From contig JBNRSN020000007.1 of NCBI GenBank assembly GCA_051313645.2, positions 257,548,001 to 257,612,000 on the forward strand: 64,000 nt of DNA. Reading direction: 5' to 3'. Origin of the DNA: Centroscyllium fabricii. Taxonomy: Eukaryota. Below, in pieces: positions 12,933 through 23,685 of the stretch. Numbering within the stretch: position 1 is the first letter of the stretch; each line of letters begins with the position of its first letter. Under the pieces are notes generated by a model. That model did not search any database. It was not told the DNA's origin and saw only the letters and a list, made by a program, of their open reading frames with translations. The translations under genes were made by a program, and so were the position numbers.

Positions 12933-13195
12933 CTCTGGAAACTTGAGGTGGTGTAGAGAAAATCTGAACTGACTTTACTGAAAAACTCATTCTCCATTTT
13001 AAATGTGGCAAGTTGGTACCTCTGGCATTTATTCTGTTCTCCACACCCTCTTGTTGCTCTCAAGTCTTTGCTAATGCTGCTTCATAAACAGTTGCTAGGT
13101 GTATGAGAATGGCTTCTTGATAAAGTATGTGAAAGCTCCAAAGTATGGTGTCCCCATACTGTGTAATTAGTCTTCCTCAAAATTCACTGAGCGAT
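12933..13195 (-). pseudogene. Exon D of the host gene (in-frame TGA at 13179-13177 and 13062-13060)
   Basis: Donor AG|GTATGA, acceptor CTATAG, 263 nt, phase 2-1; SLSEF*GRLITQYGDTILWSFHILYQEAIL...LAKT*EQQEGVENR...PPQVSR. Confidence 0.55.
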
Positions 13196-13198
13196 CTA

Positions 13199-13202
<4 letters not shown>

Positions 13203-13249
<47 letters not shown>
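13203..13249. repeat. Poly(T) tract (~47 nt)
   Basis: Direct reading. Confidence 0.95.
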
Positions 13250-13252
<3 letters not shown>

Positions 13253-13460
13253 GTGAAGGATTAGTTATCAAACCAAACTTCTGGTTGACTGAAAAAAAAA
13301 AACATTTCTGCAACACTGTACGGGCAACTTACGACAGAATTAGTTCAGCTACATCGAAATCCGCATAAAAACATTTGGCAGGAATTCTTATTTTATTTCA
13401 GTTATCTTGAACCAATTTGTATGCTCTTCTCCATGTTAGGTATTGAAACCTTTATTTGTA

Positions 13461-13809
13461 CAGGTTGAACACCATTCATTTGGCAGGGAAGGGACCAGCA
13501 TCCTACCGGATTCTTGAAAACGGCGACTGATTGAAGCCATGGCGGCGCATGCGTACAGCATTCAAAATGGCCACTGCAAAATTTTGAATGCTCTGCGCAT
13601 GTGCTCGCCGTTTGGTGGCGCATGCGCAGATCATTCAAATCTTCCGGCAGCCATTTTGAATGATCTGTGCATGCGCTCGCCATTCGGTCATTCACAGAAG
13701 CATCAATCGCGGTGGCCATTTTGTGCATGCGCAGGGCAGTCGGGGCAATTTATGCCGGACGACTGAAGCTGCCGGCTTAACGGTTTCCGGATTAATGGTC
13801 TTCAACCTG
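13461..13809. mobile_element. Tc1/mariner (pogo/Tigger-like) MITE
   Basis: CAGGTTGAACACCATTCAT / ATTAATGGTCTTCAACCTG TIRs (17/19 match), TA TSD on both sides. Confidence 0.85.
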
Positions 13810-14296
13810 TATTAACATGTGCTCATGTGTTTCCTGAGAAGATTGATTTGTCTGTGTTTGAATGTTGTTGCCTGTCCCTACACCAACATTTAAAAAAAAA
13901 AATTCTCAACACATTTATACTTATTGTGGTTTTGCATATTTTTTTTGGAGCACAAGAAACAGCAAGTGTGCTCTTCAAGTTATTTAATTAAAATGTCTGA
14001 GCTTTTAATAGTTTGCTTCCTTTTGTTTCTGTGTCACTTGCTTTGGGTACTGTGATATATTTCCCTGTGGTTGTCTTATGCCTTGTTTAACATTTATAAT
14101 TTAATCATTTTACCTGTCATTTTCTATTTTAACAGCGCTACTTGTTATTGGGCTACTGCTGTGGAAACATCATCCTATAATTATTTACCAAGCCAATCTC
14201 AATTTTAACTGTACAAGTGACCTCCATTATGATAGGGAAGTTTTGTGAGAGGTATGTTGTTTGACTCACTCTCACTTTGTTATAAGAACTTCCAGT

Positions 14297-14770
14297 GAAA
14301 CACAGAAACACAGAAGATAGGAGCAGGAGTAGGCCATTCAGCCCTTCGAGCCTGCACTGTGTGGTAACCGTTCTACTATACCACTGTACCCTTATGGCTA
14401 ACAATGGGCTGTGCAGATGTTAGGCACAGCCCTGTATACTATGACACTGTTGGGAGCCAGGTCAGCCACACCTCTAACTCCTCCCCCAGGTGAGGTCCGG
14501 TTATAGGTGAGATCTGACCGAGGCTCCTTCATTCCTGTACAGTAGTTCGTCTGGAGAGTAGCTCCGTTCTTAGTAATTAAAAGCCTTTAGTTTCGGTAAC
14601 TACGCGTCGACTCTTTTAATCGAAGATATTGACACTACGTCACACTGCCATTCAATGAGATCATGGTTGATCATCCAAACCCAGCACCCCCCTCCTACCT
14701 CCTCCCCATATCCCCCGACACCCCCCAATTCTAAGAACTATCAATTATCCCACCCTATCCCCGTATAACA
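14297..14770 (-). mobile_element. CR1-tailed SINE fragment split by a solo LTR
   Basis: CR1 3' UTR motif resumes exactly after the LTR (GAGCCTGCACTG|CCATTCAATGAG). Confidence 0.75.
14360..14642 (+). mobile_element. Solo LTR of the Mag-like Gypsy family
   Basis: TGTGGTAA...TTGACACTACGTCA; perfect 5-bp TSD CACTG; shares GGTCAGCCACACC..TAACTCCTCCCC core with the 29247 LTR. Confidence 0.9.
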
Positions 14771-14781
14771 TATGTACTGAC

Positions 14782-14928
14782 GCTGGGTTATTGATGTCAT
14801 TGTTCCAGTTTAAGGCATCTGGAACATTTTCCAGTATAGTGCAAAAACAACTTTGGATGCCAATTTTAAACAGAGTTAACTTTTCCTTTATAGCTTCCAC
14901 CAATTGAGCTGGTGGAGCATGATCTGAG
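14782..14928 (-). pseudogene. Exon E of the host gene (open frame)
   Basis: Donor GC|GTCAGT, putative acceptor CTCAAG, 147 nt, phase 2-2; SDHAPPAQLVEAIKEKLTLFKIGIQSCFCTILENVPDALNWNNDINNP. Confidence 0.5.
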
Positions 14929-14952
14929 CTTGAGGACCCACCATTTTTGAGC

Positions 14953-15378
14953 AAAGAAAGAAATTACTTACATTTATAGAGCTCTGTTCATGACCTCAGG
15001 AAGTCCCAAAGTGCTTAACAGCCAATTAAGTACTTTTGGAGTATAGGTATTATTTTAATGTCGGGAAACACAGCACGGTACCACAAACAGATCAATGGCC
15101 AGATCGTCTGTTTTTTTAGTGATGTTGGTTGAGGGATACATACTGGCCAGGGCACTGGGGAGAACTACCCTGCTCTTCTTCAAAATAGTGCCATGGAATC
15201 TATTACATCCACCGGAGAGGGAAAACAGATCCTCAGTTTAATAGCTCATCCGAAAGACAGCACAGCAGTTCTTTAGTACTCAGTGTTGCCCTAGATTATG
15301 TCCTCAGTTCTCTGGAGTGGGGCTTGAACCCATAACCTTCTGACTCAAGCAAGAGTGTAATCACTGAGCCAAGGCTGA
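14953..15378 (-). mobile_element. Deu-domain SINE, near full length
   Basis: AAAGAAAGAAA tail, Deu core, tRNA-like head (GGGCTTGAACCC...CACTGAGCCA on +). Confidence 0.8.
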
Positions 15379-15477
15379 CTGCACAGACACTTTATGCTAA
15401 TTTGTCTTTCGTTTGAGTGTGATTTCCATGGAATGTGCTCTTGTTCAGTCTTTGGACGCATTTACACTACAAGCTTA

Positions 15478-16241
15478 GGGGTCAATTTTCCTCGGGCCAT
15501 GAGGCGGGTTTTTCGGCGGGGTGGGGTGCAAAAATCGCAAAACTGTGGGGACCCGACCCCCCACCGCTGGATCCCCGGTGCTTTCCGATTTCCCGCGGCC
15601 GTGTCTGTCCGCCCCGAATCTTTCCCACCCGCGACCGGCGGGAATAGTCGTTAGGCTCCTTAAGCACCGTTAATTGGCATGTATAATGCCATTTTAAGGG
15701 GCCCTTGCTATTTTCAGGCATTCCCAACCCATAGCGCGCCAGCTTGAAATTCCGCCGGTGAAACCTGGTGGGGACACAATCAGCTTGCTGACAATCAGCT
15801 GTAAGTCAAACGATGACAAGCAATCAGTTGTACCAGAAGTCAGCCCTGGGCAGCAGCCTGCAGGAGGGCTAACTGTATCCCCAGGGTGTACAATATCAGT
15901 GAGAATATAACTTTTCATTAACTCACCTTGTAGCAGTTTCTCATGTTTGAGAGAGAGCTCTGCAGCACCTCTCATTGAAAGTGACCATCAGCTGTCAATA
16001 AAAGGGCTCTCCAGCACTTCGCATTGAAACGGGGCTCTGGTCTTTAAGCAGCCAGTGCCATTCCAGCCCCGTCGACATTCAGACTGGAAATTGTCAATTG
16101 GCAAGGGTTCCCACATGCGGGGAATCAATTGGCCAATTGAGCCAAAATTGCGTGGGGCTCCCAGGCCCTTTAGTATTCATGTGGGAAACCTGACCCACCA
16201 GAAACCCGCCAATTCCCCACACCCGAGGGAAAATTTACCCC
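15478..16241. mobile_element. Harbinger-type MITE
   Basis: GGGGTCAATTTTCC...GGAAAATTTACCCC TIRs; TSD TTA/GTA. Confidence 0.85.
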
Positions 16242-16245
16242 GTAC

Positions 16246-16394
16246 GTATTCATGCAAAGCAGTTTTGGCTTCATATTCATGCTAAACTTGTGTACGTTGC
16301 GGTTAAGGACCCAAATCAGACTATGAAGCAAAGCTAGATCAGGCTCTGACTCCAGATTCAGACTGTGTATATGTGGCATCAATGCAAAACACCA
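16246..16394 (-). pseudogene. Exon F of the host gene; donor disrupted by a MITE
   Basis: 149 nt, phase 0-2; WCFALMPHIHSLNLESEPDLALLHSLIWVLNRNVHKFSMNMKPKLLCMN; removing the MITE restores AC|GTAAGC. Confidence 0.45.
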
Positions 16395-16964
16395 CTAATT
16401 TATAAACCAAGGAACCCACCAAATAGGACGGTATTTATATCAATCTTCCAAAAATTAAATAAAAAGCTGTACCCACACCGAAATGTGAGTGAATGAAATG
16501 ACCCTTCCACATAATACCAACTATGATTATTAGAAGCTGACGGAAACTGCTATTAAGGATTTGAAGACATTATTTCTCTTCCGCTTCTATCCATTTTATT
16601 TTGTTCAGTTACATTAGCTAATGCGCATCTACCAATGTTCAATTAAAGAGCCTGCGGCAAAAACATTAATGTGTGGCGGCTTGCCACGGACTTGTGGTCG
16701 AATCGACCGGACTCTTGGACCCTGAAGGCACTGGCCCGAGGCGCGCTACTCTCGCGAGGCCAGTGCCGACGCAAAAACGCTCCGCGCATGCGCACACGCG
16801 CGGACGTGCTTACGTCATTGCCTTGTTACGCAATGATGTAGCCAGCGCTATATTTAGCTGGAAAAGAGCGCGAAAGCAACCACTCTGTAGTTGAAGTCAA
16901 TAAAGCTGTTGTGTTCATGTTAACTGCCTCAGGCATTCTTTCGCCCACCACCAAAACCCAACAT

Positions 16965-16979
16965 TGGTGACCTCGACGT
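16965..16979 (+). promoter_or_regulatory. Primer-binding site complementary to the tRNA-Trp 3' end
   Basis: TGGTGACCTCGACGT versus TGGTGACCCCGACGT expected for vertebrate tRNA-Trp. Confidence 0.85.
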
Positions 16980-17003
16980 TCGAAACGGATTTCGAACCCA
17001 ACG

Positions 17004-20000
17004 ATGGCGGACGCAAGCATAGCCGCGGTCCGGCTGCCTGAGTTCTGGACAAACCAGCCCGAAGCCTGGTTTGCTCAAGCTGAATCCCGGTTCAGGCTGC
17101 ACCGGGTCAACAAAGAGGAAGTGCGATACGACTACCTGGTAACTTCGCTGGGGAGCTCCACGGTGACGGAAGTCTGGGCAGAGCTGCAGAACCCACCTCA
17201 ACAGGGCAAGTATGTACATCTTAAGGCCGCGCTACTTAAAAGGTTCACCGATTCCCAGTACCAGCGCTGCAGTCAGCTCCTGGCCCTGCAAGGCCTCGGT
17301 GACGCTTCACCTTCGCGCCTCCTCTCCCACATGCTCTCGCTCACGGACGAGAATCCCCCGGGTTCCCTCTTCCGCACGCTTTTCATTAACCAACTCCCTT
17401 CCAGCATACGCCCCACCATCGTCGCGTCCGAAATCCGGAGCCTAGCAGACCTAGCCAGCCTGGCCGACAGGCTGATGGACGGGCAACGGGGCCACGACAC
17501 CGCGGCCGCCGCCACGGCGCATCCAGCCGCTCCCACCACGCGGTCGCAAGGACCGGCACCCAGGCCCACACGACCGCCACGTCCCCCAGACCCGCCTAAG
17601 CCAGGGTACTGCTACTACCACACCCGGTTCGGCACCAGGGCACAACGGTGCGCACAACCTTGCACCTTTAGGCCTGCCCTATCACCAGCCCCTACCATGT
17701 CTGTCGGACAGGCCGGTTGCCTCCTATATGTCACGGATGACAAAACCGGATGCCGTTTTCTCTGCGACACCGGGGCCCAGCATAGCATTGTGCCCGCCTC
17801 CGCCCTCGAAATTAAAGCAGGCACGCGGGGCCCGGCGCTCGCCGCGGCCAACGGTTCCGACATCCCGACGTACGGCAACCGCACGGTACAGCTCCAGCTC
17901 GCAGGGCGCTGTTATACGTGGGAATTTCTCACCGCAAAGATACTCTCGCCAATCATCGGCGCAGACTTCCTTTGCGCTCACGGCCTGTTGGTCGACATGC
18001 CCCGGCGCCGCCTCGTGGACATCAACTCCATGACAACCATTCCGGGCGACACGACCCCAGCCCAGCCCGCCAGCTTGACCATACAGTGCCACGCCCGTCC
18101 CACGGACGCCTACTCGACGCTCCTGGCCGCATTCCCGGCCCTCACCAACCCGACCTTCACCGCTAGGGTAGCCAAACATGGGGTAGAGCATTACATTCCC
18201 ACCACCGGCCCACCGGTGCACGCCCACGCCCGCAGGTTAGACCCGGCCAAGTTAGAGGTCGCGCGGAACGAGTTCGCCACTATGGAGCAGCTGGGTATCA
18301 TCCGCCGCTCCAACAGCCCGTGGGCCTCACCGCTCCACATTGCCCCTAAACCCGACGGGGGCTGGCGCCCCTGCGGGGATTACCGTCGCCTCAACGACGC
18401 TACCATGCCCGATCGGTACCCAGTGCCGCACATCCAGGACTTTTCGGCTAGACTGGCCAGGTGCTCAGTCTTCTCCAAAGTCGACCTGGTGCGCGGCTAC
18501 CACCAAGTCCCTGTCCACGCCGACGACATCCCCAAGACCGCGGTCATCACCCCTTTTGGGCTGTTCGAGTTCTTGCGAATGCCTTTCGGCCTTAAAAACG
18601 CCGCGCAGGCATTCCAACGGCTAATGGACTCGGTCCTACGGGATCTGAAGTTCCTGTTTGTCTATCTTGACGACATCCTAGTAGCCAGTTCCTCCAAACG
18701 GGAACACCTCGAGCACCTCAGGGCCCTGTTCACGCGCCTCAGCGAACACGGCCTCATCCTCAACCCCGCCAAGTGCCAGTTCGGTCTCGAACAGATCGAC
18801 TTCCTAGGCCACCGCATAACACAAGCCGGGACCATTCCCCTGCCCAACAAGGTGCAAGCCGTCCAGCAATTTCCCCGGCCCACCACCGTCCGGGGGCTCC
18901 AAGAGTTCCTCGGGATGGTGAACTTCTACAACCGCTTTATCCCCAAAGCGGCATCCCTCATGAGCCCCCTCTACCAAGCCCTCCGCGGGAAGAGCGGGAA
19001 GGATGTGGTCGAATGGACGGCGCAAACCTCCGCCGCCTTCGACTCCACCAAATCGGCACTTGCCGGCGCCACCATGCTCGCACACCCACGGCCCAACGCC
19101 AAGGTGGCACTCACTACTGATGCCTCCGACTACGCGGTCGGGGCTGTGTACGAGCAGTGGGTCGACGGCGCCTGGCAGCCCCTCGCCTTCTTCAGCCGCC
19201 AGCTGCGCCCCCCGGAGGTGAAGTACAGCGCCTTCGACCGCGAGCTCCTTGCCTTGTACCTAGCGGTCCGACATTTTCGCTTTCTGCTGGAGGGTCGGGT
19301 CTTCACCGCGTTTGTGGACCACAAACCCCTCACATTCGGGATGGCCAAGCCAACCGAGCCCTGGTCCGCTAGACAACAGCGCCAGCTCGCGGCCATATCC
19401 GAATTCACCACCGACATACGCCACATCACCGGACGCGACAACGTGGTGGCCGATTGTCTCTCCCGCGCAACCATCAACGCCACTCACCTGGCGGTGGACT
19501 ATGTCAAACTCGCAGCGGACCAGGTCACAGACCCGGACCTGCTCTCCGCGCCCACCACCCTACCCAGCCTGCGCTTGGCCACCGTCGCCTGCGGCCCCGC
19601 CGACACTAACGTCACGTGCGACATAACCCTGCCGCAACCCCGGCCAGTCGTCCCAGCATCGTGGCGCAAGCACATATTCGAGACGCTCCACAACCTCTCC
19701 CACCCCGGCGCCCGCGCATCAATAAAATTGGTAACCAGTCGCTTTATCTGGCGCGGCCTTAGTAAGGATGTGCGTACTTGGGCCAACTCCTGCGTAGCTT
19801 GCCAATGGGCAAAGGTGCATCAGCACACGAAAGCTCCCCTCGGTCAGATCGAAGTTCCCGCACGACGGTTTGATCACATCCATGTGGATATCGTGGGACC
19901 CCTGCCACCGTCACAAGGCAACACCCACTTGCTCACTATCGTGGACCGCACCACTCGATGGCCCGAAGCTATTCCGCTGACTTCCACCACCACTGCGGAC

Positions 20001-20798
20001 ATCGCCAGAGCCTTCATCGCCACATGGGTCGCCCGGTTTGGCGTGCCTTCTGACATCACATCCGACAGAGGGTCACAGTTCACCTCAGCATTATGGTCTG
20101 CCGTCGCGAAGAGCCTGGGGGTGAACTTGCACCACACAACGGCGTACCACCCGCAAGCCAACGGTATGTGTGAACGATTCCACAGATCAATGAAAGCTTC
20201 CCTACGGGCCAGCCTCACAGACAACGCCTGGACTGACCGCCTCCCATGGGTTTTACTTGGTCTCCGATCTGCGGTCAAAGAGGACCTTCATGCATCGGCA
20301 GCGGAGTTGGTCTTCGGACAACCACTGCGTGTACCCGGCGAATTCCTGGCCGCCGCTACGACACCCTGGTCAGCCAACCAGCAGCGCCTCGACTTCACCA
20401 CGTCGGCGCAACAGTTTACACCGGTACCCGTGACCAGGCATGGTGAAACGACTGCGCAGATTCCGCCTAGACTACATCAGGCGCAGTTCGTCTTTGTCCG
20501 CCACGACGCACACCGCGGGCCTCTGCAGCTGCCATACGACGGGCCTTACAAGGTGCTTCAAGCGGGGGACAAATTTTTCAAATTGCAGGTGGGCAGCAGG
20601 ACTGAAACTGTGTCAATTGACAGGCTCAAGCCGGCGCACACTGAGCCCGGCGAGACCACACTAGTTGCCCACCCACCGCCACGTGGTCGACCCGCCGGCC
20701 AACCAGCTCGCCCGACCACAGCTCGCCAGCTGTCTCCAAGCAGGAGCCGATCCGGCCGACTTATCAGACCGCCGCAACGTCTCGTCCATTCCTCCTAG
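17004..20798 (+). CDS. Intact Gag-Pol polyprotein (1264 aa): Gag with CHCC knuckle, protease, RT, RNase H, integrase
   Basis: VRLPEFW..PEAWFAQAE; CYYHTRFGTRAQRCAQPC; LCDTGA; VYLDDIL; TTDASD..VDHKPL..VADCLSR; LHNLSHPG..CVAC; HVDIVGP..SDRGSQF..ERFHR; YDGPY. Confidence 0.96.
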   Translation: MADASIAAVRLPEFWTNQPEAWFAQAESRFRLHRVNKEEVRYDYLVTSLGSSTVTEVWAELQNPPQQGKYVHLKAALLKRFTDSQYQRCSQLLALQGLGDASPSRLLSHMLSLTDENPPGSLFRTLFINQLPSSIRPTIVASEIRSLADLASLADRLMDGQRGHDTAAAATAHPAAPTTRSQGPAPRPTRPPRPPDPPKPGYCYYHTRFGTRAQRCAQPCTFRPALSPAPTMSVGQAGCLLYVTDDKTGCRFLCDTGAQHSIVPASALEIKAGTRGPALAAANGSDIPTYGNRTVQLQLAGRCYTWEFLTAKILSPIIGADFLCAHGLLVDMPRRRLVDINSMTTIPGDTTPAQPASLTIQCHARPTDAYSTLLAAFPALTNPTFTARVAKHGVEHYIPTTGPPVHAHARRLDPAKLEVARNEFATMEQLGIIRRSNSPWASPLHIAPKPDGGWRPCGDYRRLNDATMPDRYPVPHIQDFSARLARCSVFSKVDLVRGYHQVPVHADDIPKTAVITPFGLFEFLRMPFGLKNAAQAFQRLMDSVLRDLKFLFVYLDDILVASSSKREHLEHLRALFTRLSEHGLILNPAKCQFGLEQIDFLGHRITQAGTIPLPNKVQAVQQFPRPTTVRGLQEFLGMVNFYNRFIPKAASLMSPLYQALRGKSGKDVVEWTAQTSAAFDSTKSALAGATMLAHPRPNAKVALTTDASDYAVGAVYEQWVDGAWQPLAFFSRQLRPPEVKYSAFDRELLALYLAVRHFRFLLEGRVFTAFVDHKPLTFGMAKPTEPWSARQQRQLAAISEFTTDIRHITGRDNVVADCLSRATINATHLAVDYVKLAADQVTDPDLLSAPTTLPSLRLATVACGPADTNVTCDITLPQPRPVVPASWRKHIFETLHNLSHPGARASIKLVTSRFIWRGLSKDVRTWANSCVACQWAKVHQHTKAPLGQIEVPARRFDHIHVDIVGPLPPSQGNTHLLTIVDRTTRWPEAIPLTSTTTADIARAFIATWVARFGVPSDITSDRGSQFTSALWSAVAKSLGVNLHHTTAYHPQANGMCERFHRSMKASLRASLTDNAWTDRLPWVLLGLRSAVKEDLHASAAELVFGQPLRVPGEFLAAATTPWSANQQRLDFTTSAQQFTPVPVTRHGETTAQIPPRLHQAQFVFVRHDAHRGPLQLPYDGPYKVLQAGDKFFKLQVGSRTETVSIDRLKPAHTEPGETTLVAHPPPRGRPAGQPARPTTARQLSPSRSRSGRLIRPPQRLVHSS

Positions 20799-21144
20799 TC
20801 GGATTCTGGGGGGAGCTATGTGGCGGCTTGCCACGGACTTGTGGTCGAATCGACCGGACTCTTGGACCCTGAAGGCACTGGCCCGAGGCGCGCTACTCTC
20901 GCGAGGCCAGTGCCGACGCAAAAACGCTCCGCGCATGCGCACACGCGCGGACGTGCTTACGTCATTGCCTTGTTACGCAATGACGTAGCCAGCGCTATAT
21001 TTAGCTGGAAAAGAGCGCGAAAGCAACCACTCTGTAGTTGAAGTCAATAAAGCTGTTGTGTTCATGTTAACTGCCTCAGGCATTCTTTCGCCCGCCACCA
21101 AAACCCAACAAATGTTACATTTCAGGATTTCTGAGAACAATGCC

Positions 21145-22518
21145 ATGAAAGAAGAAGAAAGCCTTGTATTTATATAGCGCTTTTCACGACCACCGGATGT
21201 CCCAAAGTGCTTTGCAGCCAATGAAGTACTTTTTGAAGTGCAGTCACTGTTGTATGTAGACAATGTGACAGCCAATCTGCACTCAGCAAGCTCTCACAAA
21301 CAGCAATGCGATAATGACCAGATAATCTGTTTTAGTGATGTTGATTGAGGGACACATATTGACCAGGACACTGGGATAATTCCCCTACTCTTCTTCAATG
21401 TAGCAGCATGGGATCTTTACATCCACCTGAGAGGGCAGACAATGCCTTGGTTTAACGTCTCATCCAAAAGATGGCACCTCCAACAGTGCAGCACTCCCTC
21501 AGCACTGCACTGGAGTGTCAGCCTAGATTTTTGTGCTTAAGGGGTAAATTTTCCCTTGGGTGTGGGGAATTGGCGGGTTTCGGGCAGGTCAGGTTTCTGA
21601 CCCGAATGTTGAAGGGCCTGGGAGGCCCACGCAAGTTTGCCTCAATTTGGCCAATGAATTCCCCGCATGTGGGAAGCCTTGCCTCAGCACTGTTTCCAGA
21701 CAGAAAGCCAGCGGGGTTTGGCTGTTTAAGCAGCAGAGCCGTCAGCCTACTGAAACCACAGAGATTGAGTGACAGCTGCTGTCCATTTCACTGGATTATC
21801 AAAAAGATCTATGACATCACAATGGTTACTCTAAACCACAGAGATTGAGTGACAGCTGCTGTCTGTTTCAATGGATTATCAAAGAGGTCTATGACATCAC
21901 AATGGCTACTCTAAACCACAGAGATTGAGTGACAGCTGCTGTCTGTTTCACTGGCTACCTGCTCCAGCAGAGCCATTTCATTGAGAACTTAGGTGCTATC
22001 TGTCAAAACAGCCACAAGGTGAGTTTGTGACAGCTTTTCTCCCACTGATCTCGTGCACCCTAGGGATACAGTTAGTCCCAATGCAGCCTGGAGTCCAGGG
22101 ATGGCTTCTGCTGCAGCTGCTTCAATGATAGTCAGGAAGTCAATAGTGTCCCCGCCAGGTTTCACTGGCGGGATTTCCAGCTGGTGGGTTTTGCATGGGA
22201 AATGGCTGAAAATCATAAGGGGGGGGCTTAAAATGGCATTATACATGCCAATTAAGGGTCCCTAATGAGCCTAATGACCATCCACACCAGCCGCTGGCGG
22301 GAAAGATTCGGGGTGGGTAGACGCAGCGGTGGGAAATCGCAAAGTGGTGGGGATCTGGTAGGGTGGTGGTTCGGGACCCCCCGGTTTTGCAATTTTGTGG
22401 CCCGCCTCGCCAAAAAGCCCGGCGCACGGCTCAATGAAAATTGACACCTAAGTGTCTGGAGTAGGACTTGAACCCTCAACCTTTTGACTGAGAGGTGAGA
22501 GTGCTACCATCTGAGCAT
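21145..22518 (-). mobile_element. Deu-domain SINE interrupted by a MITE
   Basis: GAAAGAAGAAG tail and Deu core to 21540; tRNA-like head resumes at 22449. Confidence 0.85.
21541..22448. mobile_element. Harbinger-type MITE with an internal ~78-bp triplication
   Basis: GGGGTAAATTTTC...GAAAATTGACACC; perfect TAA TSD; AAACCACAGAGATTGAGTGACAGCTGCTGTC x3 at ~21753-21950. Confidence 0.88.
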
Positions 22519-22707
22519 TAAGTTGCTTATGTTGCACTAATTAGTTTTTTAAATTATTATTTATCCCTGGGAGATGGGTATCGCTGGCAAGGCCAGCATT
22601 TATTGGCCATCCCTAGTTAAACATAGCTCTAAAGCGGTTAAATTCACAGTACAACAGGGCTGTCACAAGATTCTGAACCAGCATCCTGGAGACCCAAGAA
22701 AGATAGT

Positions 22708-23478
22708 GGCCCAAAATTCAGGTCTCCACGGGCGAGTACGCGCTGAGTACTCACCCGTAGGCCCAACTGAAGTGCCGGTTTCGTGCATGCACTGCGCATG
22801 CGCGGGAAACTGACACTTCCGTTCCCCTGAACTAAGGGGTGAAGAAGTGAAGCGCATGCGCGGGAGCGGCAGCGGCAGCGCGTGCGCATTGAACTTTTAT
22901 TTATTTTTATATACAGGCTTTTCTGTCCAGGTAAGTCTGAAAAAGTTACACATGAAAAAAGCAGGCATAAGGCCTGAGTTTAACTAGGTAAGTGGTGAAT
23001 TCATCAAAATTAAAACATTTTTTCCACATATTTATTATTTTTAAATACTTTAAGGAAAGGTAAGTTTATTTTTAGCCCCGTTAGAAAATATAATTATTTT
23101 TTTCAAAAATGTAAATTGTTTAAAATAGTTATTTCATGTAATTTATAGTTATTTTAAAGATGTGATTTAAAAAAAAAAAATATTTGAAGTTTTAGTGATG
23201 TTTTCGGGCTTGTAGTATTCATAGTTTTGACAGCACTTCCTGTCAAACTTATGAATGAAGCATTCTCTCCTCCTATTGGCTCTCCATGGCCCACGTGATC
23301 CCAGGGGATGCATCGAATTAACTGCGCCGCTGGGATACGCAAGCACTGCGCGCCGGCAGTTAGAGGAGGCCCAGGAACGGAATTCCACGCGGGCCCACTG
23401 CTCAACGGCTGGCACGCAAGCTAAGTGCAAGTTCAAGGCTTGCACCCGCAGGAAGCCTCCGACCCGAATTTCTGGGCC
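22708..23478. mobile_element. Harbinger-type MITE, family B
   Basis: GGCCCAAAATTC...GAATTTCTGGGCC. Confidence 0.85.
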
Positions 23479-23685
23479 ATTTTGACATTTCAGTGATAGT
23501 TAACACTCATTCTTGCAACAATCATATTCCTTTGCCAAGTTAGGCTGGTGGATTATGCTCTCAGAGGAGGATGTAGTCAGTGTTCACCAAAAACTGACAC
23601 TGAAATCAGACTTTTAAAAAGACAGACAAGATTTTGGGGAGGTGGGGTGGTGGGGTAGGGAAGGGTGGGCGTGAGATAGGCTATG

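Larger units (their letters stand above)
16672..21110 (+). mobile_element. Full-length Ty3/Gypsy LTR retrotransposon, CsRn1/Kabuki-type
   Basis: 292-bp LTRs 16672-16963 and 20819-21110 (2 differences seen), TG...CA ends, 4-bp TSD AATG, PBS, PPT GGGGGGAG before the 3' LTR. Confidence 0.97.

Noticed and set aside
4376-13179. In-frame TGA codons as selenocysteine or readthrough
   Set aside because: A TAA also interrupts the frame, upstream segments have TAG/TAA and frameshifts, and no SECIS was seen; decay is simpler.
14136-14251. Plus-strand AG/GT-bounded exon candidate
   Set aside because: Stops in all three frames and no partner exons on this strand.
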